NCBI RefSeq assembly: GCF_006345805.1
Contig: NW_021836740.1
Coordinates: 1-23,013, forward strand
Source: Octopus sinensis
Taxonomy: Eukaryota
DNA length: 23,013 nucleotides
Direction of reading: 5' to 3'
Below, piece by piece: positions 1 to 10,110 of this stretch (position 1 is the stretch's first letter; each line of letters opens with the position of its first letter). The notes under the pieces are model-generated. The model was not told the DNA's origin and did not search any database. It was given only the letters and a program-made list of their open reading frames with translations. The position numbers were made by a program, and so were the translations under genes.

Positions 1-81
1 ACATATACATGTATATATACATATACATATATATATATATAACATATATATATATATATATACATATATATATACATATAC
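1..81. repeat. TA/TACA compound microsatellite
   Basis: Only TA, TACA and TATACA units. Confidence 0.95.
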
Positions 82-2639
82 ATTGGCCCGAATGTCAGAT
101 GGCCAAGGGTCTTTCTCTCCCAGGAATGACAAGATGTGAACGAGGACAGGCGAGGTCCCTCCTGAACCTCACCAACACCCTGTACATGGAGCAAGTAATA
201 CTCCAACCACCAGAGCAGGTAACACACTGGATCTCTGCTTCACAAATAATATGGATCTCATCCATAATGTGAAAGTGACACCGACACTACTCTCGGATCA
301 CAACATGGTAGAGCTGACCATGTACGGGCCAAAAGAGAGCACGGACATGCAGCCTACAAGAAACCCTCAGAATCTTTCCAGCTTGAACTTCAATAAGCCA
401 ACTGAAACAAATTGAGAAAGAGATTCTCAAACAAAACTGGCCTGAATGTCTCTCCTCGCCGGACATCGACATGATACTTCAACAATTCATGTCTGTAATG
501 CAAGCCATATGCTACAAATGTGTCCCAGAGAGAAAGGCCACTGTACACAAGAACAAATCCCCAGAGAGAGGAAAATTTTAATGAGACGGCGTATAAAAAT
601 TTGAAATCGCCTACACAAACAAATTGAAAGCAGTGAAAAGTCCCGCCTGAAAATAAAACTGTTGGAAATTGAAAATTGTCTGCAACTCTCCCATGAGAAG
701 GAAAGAGCAGACAAAGAAGCCTGGGCTATAGACAACATAAAAACTAACCCCAGAGCTTTCTACAGGTATGCCAAAGAAACAGCTACGGTGCACTGTAGGA
801 TAGGGCCACTCCTTGAAAAGGATGGCACACTCACAGGAAAACCAATCCCGGGTAAGTGAAATACTGAATGAACAATTCAAGAGTGTTTTCACTCCACCCC
901 TTGGGCATTTCCAAATCAGCAATCCAACTGACTTCTTTACCACTGCAGATATAGAATCAGAGGCAGCGACGATAAATTACATCAATATAAAGGAAGACGA
1001 TGTAATAAAGGCTATAGATGAAATGAAAATAGACTCAGCTATTGGCCCCGATGGATTCCCGGCAATCCTCCTAAAAGTATGTAAGAGAGTCTTAGCAAGA
1101 CCCACTGCAGTTCCTCTTTCAGAGCTTCCTTGCAGCTGGCAAACTTCCAAGAAAACTGAAGGAAGGTAAATATGCCCTATTCATAAAGGAGGTAGCAGAG
1201 CGGAGGCCAAGAACTACAGACCTATCTCTCTGACCTCACACATCAGCAAGGTCATGGAACGAATAGTCAGAAGGAAACTAATCACCTTCCTTGAAGAAAA
1301 TGACTTGCTGCCTGACACCCAACATGGTTTCCGACCAGGAAGAAGCTGCTTAACTCAGCTCCTACAACACTATGACTGGGTGCTGAAACAACTGCTCAAC
1401 CACTCAAATGTGGAAGTCATATATCTCGACTTTGCAAAGGCCTTTGATAAAGTCGATCATGGAATGATATGTCACAAACTGCGTGATCTTGGCATAGTTG
1501 GAAAACTAGGAGAATGGCTTCACGACTTTCTGAAGAATAGAAGTCAGTGAGCGGTGTTCCACAGGGCACTGTTTTGGGACCACTACTGTTCATAATGGCC
1601 CTCTCAGACATGCCCTCAGCCACGCGGAGAGCCACGATCACAAGTTATGCAGATGATACAAAAGTTTCACAGGCAATACAGAACCCTGAAGACACTAGGC
1701 ACCTGCAATATGAGCTGGACGAAATATACAAGTGGGCTGAAAAGAATAGCATGCAGTTCAATGCTGAAAAGTTTCAAGCTTTATACTATCAGCATGCAAA
1801 ACTGAATGCAATACCCAAGGAATACACTGGACCCGGAGGATTGCAATCCCAGAGGCACAATCAGTGCGTGACCTGGGTATTCACATGAGTGATGACGCGA
1901 CCTTTCATGTACATGTTGCTAAACTGACAATGAAATGCAGACGGCTGGCTGGATGGATTCTTAGAACCTTTAGAACAAGAGAACAAGAAACCATGATGGT
2001 CCTCTGGAAGACACTTGTCCTAAGTCACTTTGACTATTGCTCTCAGCTATGGTCACCATCCAGTGTCAAGTTGATCACAGAAATTGAGGCGATCCAACGA
2101 AGCTACACAAAGAAGATAGCCTCTATGCAGAATGTAAGCTACTGGGAAAGACTCGAGATTAAAATTATATTCCCTGGAGCGTAGGCGGGAAAGATATGCC
2201 ATAATATACATCTGGAAGATCCTGGAGGGAAGTGTCCTGAACTTTGGCATCGAGAGTTACGCAAATGCCAGAACTGGGCGCCACTGCGTGGTGCCTAGGA
2301 CTCCAAACTTGCCATCAAGATGTAGGACAAGATTCTGTGATAGCCTGGGCTTCCGAGGCCCACAGCTCTTCAATATCCTCCCGAGAAACCTGAGAGACCT
2401 GCATGGGGTGGATACAGATGTGTTTAAAATGGAGCTGGATCTCTTCCTGTCAGGTGTCCCAGATGAACCAACTTCACGGCAGGAGGGGCAGATGAGGGCA
2501 GCTGCATCGAACTCTCTCATGCACCAAATAGCAGTTGCTAGAAAGCCTCCATGAAGTGAAACCAAGTAGCAACACCAAATGGCGGTGCCCCAGCATGGCC
2601 ACAGCTCATAAGCTGAAACTAGAATCAATCAATCAATCA
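82..2639 (+). mobile_element. 5'-truncated CR1/L2-group non-LTR retrotransposon (LINE)
   Basis: APE C-terminal motifs (PTRAGNTLDLCFTN, SDHNMV), RT motifs (QHGFRPGRSC, YLDFAKAFDKVDH, GVPQGTVLGPLLF, YADDTK), short 3' UTR and (AATC)4 tail at 2623-2638. Exact clade within the CR1 group not resolved. Confidence 0.92.
83..2554 (+). pseudogene. LINE ORF2 (endonuclease C-terminus plus reverse transcriptase), frameshifted
   Basis: ORF fragments 662-859, 813-1169, 1254-1550, 1547-1888, 1864-2184 and 2288-2554 join into one ORF2. About 15 codons appear to be missing between FLKNRSQ and SGVPQG near 1549. Confidence 0.9.
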
Positions 2640-2966
2640 TATATATACATATACATACATATATATATACATATACATACATATATATATATACATACAT
2701 ATATACATATACATACATATATACATATACATACATACATATATATATATACATACATACATATATATACATATATATATATATATACATACATATATAT
2801 ATATATATACATACATATATATATATATATATATACATATACATACATATATATATACAAATACATACATATATATATACATATACATACATATATATAC
2901 ATATACATACATATATATATATACATACATATATATATATATATATACATACATATATATATACAT

Positions 2967-2997
<31 letters not shown>

Positions 2998-3069
2998 CAT
3001 ACATATATATATACATATATATATACATATATATACATATATATATACATATTATATACATATATATAC

Positions 3070-3125
<56 letters not shown>

Positions 3126-3639
3126 CATATACATTTATATATATATACATACATATATATATATATACATATATATATACATATATATATATATATACAT
3201 ACATATATATATATATATACATATATATACATATATATATATATACATTTATATATATATACATACATATCTAATATATATACATACATATATATATATA
3301 TACATACATATATATATATATATACATACATATATATATATATATACATTTAATATATATACATACATATAATATATATACATACATATATTATATATAC
3401 ATACATATATATATATATACATACATATACATATACATACATACATATATATATACATATACATACATATATATATACATATACATACATATACATATAC
3501 ATATACATACATATATATATACATATACATACATATATATATACATATACATACATACATACATATATATATACATATACATACATATATATATACATAT
3601 ACATACATACATATATATATACATACATATATATATACA
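2640..3639. repeat. 1-kb compound (TA)n/(TACA)n/(TATACA)n microsatellite
   Basis: Nearly pure T/A/C short-period repeat between the LINE tail and the Helitron end. Confidence 0.97.
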
Positions 3640-4477
3640 CTAGCAGAATTGCCCGGCGTTGCTCGGGGCTGAATTGCTTGAAAGTACTGTTAATGATTGC
3701 ACTGAATTATGATGATTATTCAGGCAAATATTGAAATAAGCTTACGGTGGGAGATAAGGACTTAACGCCAAACGTGTGCCATTGCATTGTTTTGGGTAAC
3801 CAAATTTCTGATGAGCATTATAGGGCACTAACTTTAAGTTTGAGAAAGTGTGGTGGTAGTCCGGGTGCTCAAAGGAATTGAGTACCTCTATTGGATAGTT
3901 GATGACGTCCTCTGGGTCAGGAGTTGTATCGATAGACTGATATACATCGACTTCCCCAGGAATGAGTTTTAGCATTTCATCATTAATATGGTGAACAGTT
4001 TTATTCCTCGGGGCCAGTATAGCCTTTTTGCCAATCCAATCCATATTCTGATAATTAGCTTGTAAATCTGGGAAACTGCATCTCTGAGATCAGAAGGCGT
4101 CTTAACAATGGTACAAATGGAATCGATGGCAATATTACCATTTTCATCCCCTGGTATTTTGCCTTCGCCAAGTGCAAGGAGGGTGTGAGGAAATGCTGGT
4201 GATGTGATATTACGTCGCATATGAGCACGCATATTGGTGTGAAGTTTGAGAGTTACTTCCGTTTATTTTTAAAAATGCATTAAAATGGAAAAAAATGATG
4301 GTAAATTATTTGTAAAATCATAGACTCATCGTAGACGCGCGCTAATACCCAGAAGGGCTCGATATGAATCACGACTATAAGATACCCGGTTTTGGTTAAA
4401 CTGCATCGCAAAATGTGGGAGTAGTTAGGAATCTAAATCGGAGTAGACAGACACACAACCTTTCTTTTATATATAAA
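3640..4477 (-). mobile_element. Non-autonomous Helitron with internal helicase remnant
   Basis: Minus-strand 3' end CCCG-AGCAACGC-CGGG hairpin, 8 nt, CTAG, then T at 3639. Pif1 fragment is on the same strand. The 5' end reads TTTATATATAAAAG, without the canonical TC. Confidence 0.85.
3742..4259 (-). pseudogene. Helitron Rep/Hel Pif1-family helicase C-terminal fragment
   Basis: LKLHTNMRAH, LLALGEG, AILAPRNKTVHHIN, YPIEVLNS, (frame-corrected) PGLPPHFLKLKV and QCNGTRL motifs; several -1 frameshifts. Confidence 0.9.
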
Positions 4478-4529
4478 TACATACATACACACACACACAC
4501 ACATACATGCATACATACATATACACATA

Positions 4530-5114
4530 AACCGAGTAAAAAATTTTAGTTATCTCTCTCTTTCACACATTACTCTCTCTGTCTCTTCACACACACTAAC
4601 AGAAGCACTTCACTTACACAACATACTGTCTGTCTCCCACACTCCATCAAACACACACACACACACATGTACATCAATGAGTCCCATGCACGGTAACTTC
4701 AAAGGAACTTCCCTCGTCATACAATCGCTTTCTCTTAGTCTCTTTCGCTCTCATTACTTATGTAAAAAAATAAAAGTTTTTTCTATGTGTCTAAAGAGGA
4801 AGTGGGAGGCAGAGTGAAAGAATCACTCACTACAGTAAGTGAATTACTTTCATTTTATTCCTTGCCCACTGTGTGTGTGCGTTTGCGTGTGCTGTAAACC
4901 AGACTAAGAAAAGCATTTGACACACACACCAGAATGTAAGTTTTCTGTAAATTTTGCTTAATTGGAGTTTAAATTTTAAAAACTGGACCTGGCATGACGC
5001 GATGCCTTGTACTCTCAAAACTGCTAGGTAAATTGTAATTGAAGAAATCCTATATTGTAGATTTGTATAACTCCCAAAGGGAGGCAGATAAAATCTGCCT
5101 TTTATAATAAGAGA
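4530..5114 (-). mobile_element. Helitron-like element (5' terminus only supported)
   Basis: Minus strand begins A|TCTCTTATTATAAAAG, followed by a 7-bp hairpin GGCAGAT-AAA-ATCTGCC (5083-5099). No own CTRR end found; left boundary approximate. Confidence 0.45.
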
Positions 5115-5249
5115 TATACATACATACATATACATATACATACATACATATATATATACATATACATACATACATATATATATATACATATACATACATA
5201 CATATATATATACATATACATACATCATCATCATCATCATCATCATCAT
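5115..5249. repeat. TACA/TA microsatellite followed by (CAT)9
   Basis: Direct reading; (CAT)9 at 5223-5249 is the tail of the adjacent minus-strand element. Confidence 0.95.
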
Positions 5250-6280
5250 TTAACGTCCGCTTTCCATGCTAGCATGGGTTGGACGGTTCAACTGGGGTCT
5301 GGGGAGCCCGAAAGCTGCACCAGTCCAGTCAGATCTGGCAGTGTTTCTACAGCTGGATGCCCTTCCTAACGCCAACCACTCCGAGAGTGTAGTGGGTGAT
5401 TTTATGTGCCACCGACACAGGTGCCAGACGAGGCTGGCAAATGGCCACGCTCGGATGTGTTTTTTATGTGCCACCGACACAGGTGCCAGACGAGGCTGGC
5501 AGACGGCCACGCTCGGATGGTGTTTTTATGTGCCACCGACACAGGTGCCAGACGAGGCTGGCAGACGGCCACGCTCGGATGGTGTTTTTATGTGCCACCG
5601 ACACAGGTGCCAGACGAGGCTGGCAGACGGCCACGCTCGGATGGTGTTTTTATGTGCCACCGACACAGGTGCCAGATGAGGCTGGCAAACGGCCACGATC
5701 GGATGGTGCTTGTTACGTGCCCACAGCACGGAGGCCAGTCGATGCGGTACTGGCTACGCCACGTTCGGATGGTTTTCTTATGTGCCACGTGCCACCGGCA
5801 CTGGTACCACAAAGATACAAATTCCATTGATGTTCATCTATTTTGATTTGTTTTGATTTTCACTTGCCTCAACAGGTCTTCACAAGTGTCACAAGAAGGA
5901 AGGTATGCACAGGTGGACTGACTACGTCCCAGGTAGGGGCCATGGGTTATGGCCTGACTAGTCTTGCCGGGTCTTCGGATGGTGTTTTTATGTGCCACCG
6001 ACACAGGTGCTAGATGAGGCTGGCGAACGGCCACGATCGGATGGTGTTTGTCATGTGCCCACCGCACTGACTACGGCACTGATGGATTTCTTGTGTGCCA
6101 CAGGCACTGGTACCACAAGATACAAATTCCATTGATGTTCAACTATTTTGTCTATTTTGATTTGATTTGATTTTCACTTGCCTCAACCGGTCTTCACAAG
6201 TGTCACAAGAAGGAAGGTATGCACAGGTGGACTGACTAGTCTTGCCGTGTCTTCGGAAGGTGTTTTTATGTGCCACCGAC
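5223..6280 (-). mobile_element. RTE-tailed non-autonomous retroelement (family D), internally amplified
   Basis: Minus-strand end ...CCAACCCATGCTAGCATGGAAAGCGGACGTTAAA(TGA)n and internal GGCGTTAGGAAGGGCATCCAGC. Homologous copies at 14448-14847, 22100-22269 and about 9228-9265. RTE link inferred from tail type. Confidence 0.7.
5396..5706. repeat. 62-bp tandem minisatellite, five near-identical units
   Basis: ATGTGCCACCGAC starts at 5404, 5466, 5528, 5590 and 5652. Confidence 0.95.
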
Positions 6281-6402
6281 ATATATATATATACATATAC
6301 ATATATATATACATATACATACATATATATATATATACATATACATACATATATATATATATATATACATATATATACATATACATACATATATATATAC
6401 AT

Positions 6403-6435
<33 letters not shown>

Positions 6436-6614
6436 CATACATATACATATATATATACATACATATATATATACATATACATACATATATATACACATAT
6501 ATATACACGCGCGTATATATACACATATATATATATACACGCGCGTATATATACACATATATACACGCGCGTATATACACACATATATATATATACACGC
6601 GTATATACACATAT
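6281..6614. repeat. TA/TACA microsatellite with ACACGCGCGTATAT variants
   Basis: Direct reading; CGCG-containing units at about 6505-6605. Confidence 0.95.
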
Positions 6615-6678
6615 AATTACTTGAGACATGTAAGTTATCTTAAGGGTAGTGCAAGGGTAAAAAGGTTGAGAAACACTG
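6615..6678. mobile_element. Orphan hAT (Charlie-like) terminal fragment
   Basis: GGTTGAGAAACACTG (6664-6678) is a CAGTG-type TIR followed by CTCTATAT, which fits the NTCTANAN target pattern. Partner end not found. Confidence 0.4.
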
Positions 6679-7356
6679 CTCTATATAGAAGTTATAGCAA
6701 GTATTTCATCTTTACGTGATATAATTAAGGCTGCATCATATATTTGCGTGGTTTGCCGGACATTGTCCAGCATACCTCTGCTTGTGTGGTGTCCCTGACA
6801 TTGTATGGTGTACTTGTTGGCATGCATCACATACGCTGACATTGTATGATGTAATTAACCGTGAGAGAAGCAGTATTAGTATCACAAGGTAATATTTATC
6901 CCCACTTAAAAGTAGATGTTTTAGAATACAAAATACTGCATTATTTACTATGAGAGAACCTCTTATATGGACTTATGGTGGATACAATCACTCTTGTTTG
7001 TATAACTAATGGGAGATAATTGTCTGCTACCAACCTTCCACTGCTGATATAAGCATAAGTGGTTATATGCACCACAATCAATATAAAAAGTTCTCTCGTT
7101 GTAAATAGCATGGCGTTTTGTGATCTAACATAACATCTCGTTTGAAGTGAGGATAAATGTTACCTATTGTATGATGTATCTGTCTGGCCTGCTGACATTG
7201 TATGGAATGTCAGTGTGACACACTTGACATTATACACTGTGCTTGCTACGTGTGTTAGACATACAGTATGCTTGCAGTTATGTTGATATCTAATCTTCTA
7301 CCACCAACCTTCCATCATGGCTGGTCGCGTGTGTCTGCATCTTTAAGATGACTCAC

Positions 7357-7471
7357 CAAAATGTAAACCCGGGCATTTTTTTTCTATAAAGGCCAATAGT
7401 TGCTCATGCATGTAAGCCTCCATTCTCTGCACTTTTGATGATTTCCATGAGACAGACAAGGACTGATACAG
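7357..7471 (-). CDS. Candidate internal coding exon of an unidentified host gene
   Basis: Consensus donor G|GTGAGT (7356-7351), acceptor ...GTCCAG|, open frame LYQSLSVSWKSSKVQRMEAYMHEQLLAFIEKKCPGLHF in apparently unique sequence. No homology recognised. Confidence 0.25.
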
Positions 7472-7593
7472 CTGGACATCAATGTTAATGCAGGCATTGC
7501 CATCAAAATACAAGTAGACAGAGCAACCTCTCTCCTCTCCCACCTCATAATTCTGCTGATTCACTGCCCTTGATTGGCTTATTATTATTATTA

Positions 7594-7746
7594 TTATTAC
7601 CTCCACCTTAGCAAAGGTTGAGGTATTGTTTTCAGTCATGTTTGTGTTTGTCCGTGGACAAGATATCTCAAGAACTGCTGAATGGATGTGAATGAACTGA
7701 CATTGGTGTTGCCTTGGAGGAGGTTTATGCTCTCTAAGTACCCTTA
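7594..7746. mobile_element. HINE/DINE-1-like (Helentron-associated) short element
   Basis: 5' CCTCCACC with local hairpin ACCTCcACCTT-AGCA-AAGGTtGAGGT, 3' subterminal inverted CTTGGAGGAGG, T-rich flanks, internal GTTTGT repeats. Confidence 0.5.
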
Positions 7747-7757
7747 TTATTTTTATT

Positions 7758-8154
7758 AAGGTGGTGAGCTAGCAGAATCGTTAGCATGCTGGGCAAAATG
7801 CTTGGCAGCATTTTCATCTGTCTTTACATTCTGAGTTCAAATTCTGCTGAGGTCAATTTTACATTTCATCCTTTCGTGGTTGATAAATTAAGTACCAGTT
7901 GCATACTGGGGTCGGTCTAATCAACTGGTCCCCTCCCACCAGAATCATTAGCATGCTGGACACAACGATTAGTAGCATTTTGTCTATGTTTACATTCTGA
8001 GTTCAAATTCTACTATGGTTGATTTGCCTCTCAACCTTTTGCATGGGGTCAATGAATTAAGCACCAGTTAAGTACTGGAGTTGATGTAATTGACTAGCCC
8101 ATTCCCCACGCCAAACAAATCACAGCACTTGTGCTTATAGTAGAAAGAATTATT
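7758..8154 (+). mobile_element. Two tandem family-B tRNA-derived SINEs (Nin/Deu-like middle domain)
   Basis: Head GGTGAGCTAGCAGAATCGTTAGCA, B-box GAGTTCAAATTC, middle GAGGTC...CATCCTTT...TAAGTACCAG; many copies in the window. Confidence 0.8.
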
Positions 8155-8696
8155 CACGTATTGGGGTCATTGAGGTCCCCCTTAAAATAGCTGGTTTTGT
8201 TCTTCTAGTAGAAATAATTCCTTCCCCAAAAGGAAGAAAGGCAAAATTGATCATGTTATATTAACATTTACCCCTCTATTTAGCCATATAAAGTATTTTA
8301 ATCAGACTTCCATTAATAGAAGACATAGCTGTTATTCTGCTAATTCCTCTTAACTACCCTGTATCTAAATTCTTCACTGAAAGGGTTTTTGTTTTATTTC
8401 TTTAACTACCTCCTCCTGCAATTTCCTCTGATTTACAGCCATTCTGTAAATATTGACAAATGCTTGATAAAGAAAGTAAAACACAAAATACATTTTTGAG
8501 ATTTTCTTCCTTATTTGAGAACTGTTGTTGATGTCTGTGTTGTAGTATAACTGTTGAAATTATTGAACAGTTTTTCAGCTAATGTAGTTGTTTAGGTTAG
8601 CACTGAAAGATCTGGTCTGATGTCAAAGGTGCTCCATCCTGTATTCTTGTACATTAGAGACTGCATTATACAATATATGTTTGTGTGTGTCTGTAT

Positions 8697-9055
8697 TATC
8701 TTTATCTTTTACTTGTTTTGATCATTGGACTGTGGCCATGCTGGGGCATTGCCTTGAAAAGTTTAGTCAGACAAATCAACCCCAGTACATTTACTTCAAA
8801 GTCTGGTACTTATTCTGTTGGTCTCTTTCGCCAGGCAATTATATTATTGGGATGTAAACAAACCAACACCAGTTGTCAAGTGGTGGGGGGCAACCAAATG
8901 TGCACACACATTATATACACCCCCCACACACACACACTGATTTCTATAGAGGTTCTATCTACCAAATTCATTCACAAGGCATTAGTTGGTGCTGTACAGT
9001 GAGACTGAACCTGAAACCTTGGGGTCACAAAGCGGGCTTCTTAACCACACAGCCA
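8697..9055 (-). mobile_element. Family-A SINE (tRNA head, CORE-like segment, CR1-like tail), decayed
   Basis: Aligns by eye to the better-preserved copies at 19978-20320 and 20996-21340. Confidence 0.75.
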
Positions 9056-9344
9056 GGTAGATTTGGCCACCATTTCTAGCACACAAAGCAGATGCATAGA
9101 GGCTCCTTTCAACCGTTGTTGTTTAGCCTCGGGTCAAGCTTGAAAGAGTATACTTATAATCAAAAGCATTTCAGCTCTGTGATTCCAATGTGTGACAAAA
9201 TGGACATCCAGTTATAAAACGTGTCTCTGTAAGTCTCATCCAACTCATGCCAGCATGGAAAGACAGAAGGAAAAAGAAATATGATAGCAGCTGGTGGAGA
9301 AATCAGGAGGAAAAGAAAACAGTCAATGATAGAGACAGGCGTGG

Positions 9345-10110
9345 CTCTCTCCTCCCCGTCTCTCTCTCCTCTCTGCCTTTCTCTCTCTCCTCATCGTCTC
9401 TCTCTCTCTCCTCTCCTCATCGTCTCTCTCTCTCCTCTCCTCATCGTCTCTCTCTCCTCATCGTCTCTCTCTCCTCATCGTCTCTCTCTCTCCTCTCTGC
9501 CTTTCTCTCTCTCCTCTCTGCCTTTCTCTCTCTCCTCTCTGCCTTTCTCTCTCTCCTCTCTGCCTTTCTCTCTCTCCTCTCTGCCTTTCTCTCTCTCCTC
9601 ATCGTCTCTCTCTCTCCTCATCGTCTCTCTCTCTCCTCATCGTCTCTCTCTCTCCTCATCGTCTCTCTCTCTCCTACTCGTCTCTCTCTCTCTCCTCCTC
9701 GTCTCTCTCTCCTCTACTTGTCTCTCACTCTCTCCTACTCGTCTCTCTCTCTCCTACTCGTCTCTCTCTCTCCTACTCGTCTCTCTCTCTCCTACTCGTC
9801 TCTCTCTCTCCTACTCGTCTCTCTCTCTCCTCCTCGTCTCTCTCTCCTCCTCGTCTCTCTCTCCTCTACTCGTCTCTCACTCTCTCTCCTACTCGTCTCT
9901 CTCTCTACCTCTTATCTCTTGTCTTCCTGTCACTCTTTTGCCTGTCCCCTCTCTTTCATTCTCCTTCACTCCTCTTGTCTTCCTGTCACTCTTTTGCCTG
10001 TCCCCTCTCTTTCATTCTCCTTCACTCTGTCTCTCTCTCTGTCTCTCTCTCTCTCTCTCCATATTTCTTTCTCTTTCACCTCACACCCACTCTCTTGGCC
10101 ACCTCTCTCT
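9345..10110. repeat. CT-rich minisatellite / polypyrimidine tract
   Basis: Units CTCTCTCTCCTCATCGT, CTCTCTCTCCTCTCTGCCTTT (21-bp period, GCCTTT at 9499, 9520, 9541, 9562, 9583) and CTCTCTCTCCTACTCGT. Confidence 0.95.

Noticed and set aside
2535-3640. Long YI/HI-rich ORFs on both strands (also 6139-6719, 4830-5249 and 15032-15282)
   Set aside because: Translations of TA/TACA microsatellites, which lack stop codons by composition.
5396-5780. CRISPR-like repeat-spacer array
   Set aside because: Units are near-identical along their whole length, there are no unique spacers or cas genes, and the context is a eukaryotic retroelement.
5250-6067. ORFs of 67-146 aa across the 62-bp array
   Set aside because: Periodic translations of the tandem repeat with no domain motifs.
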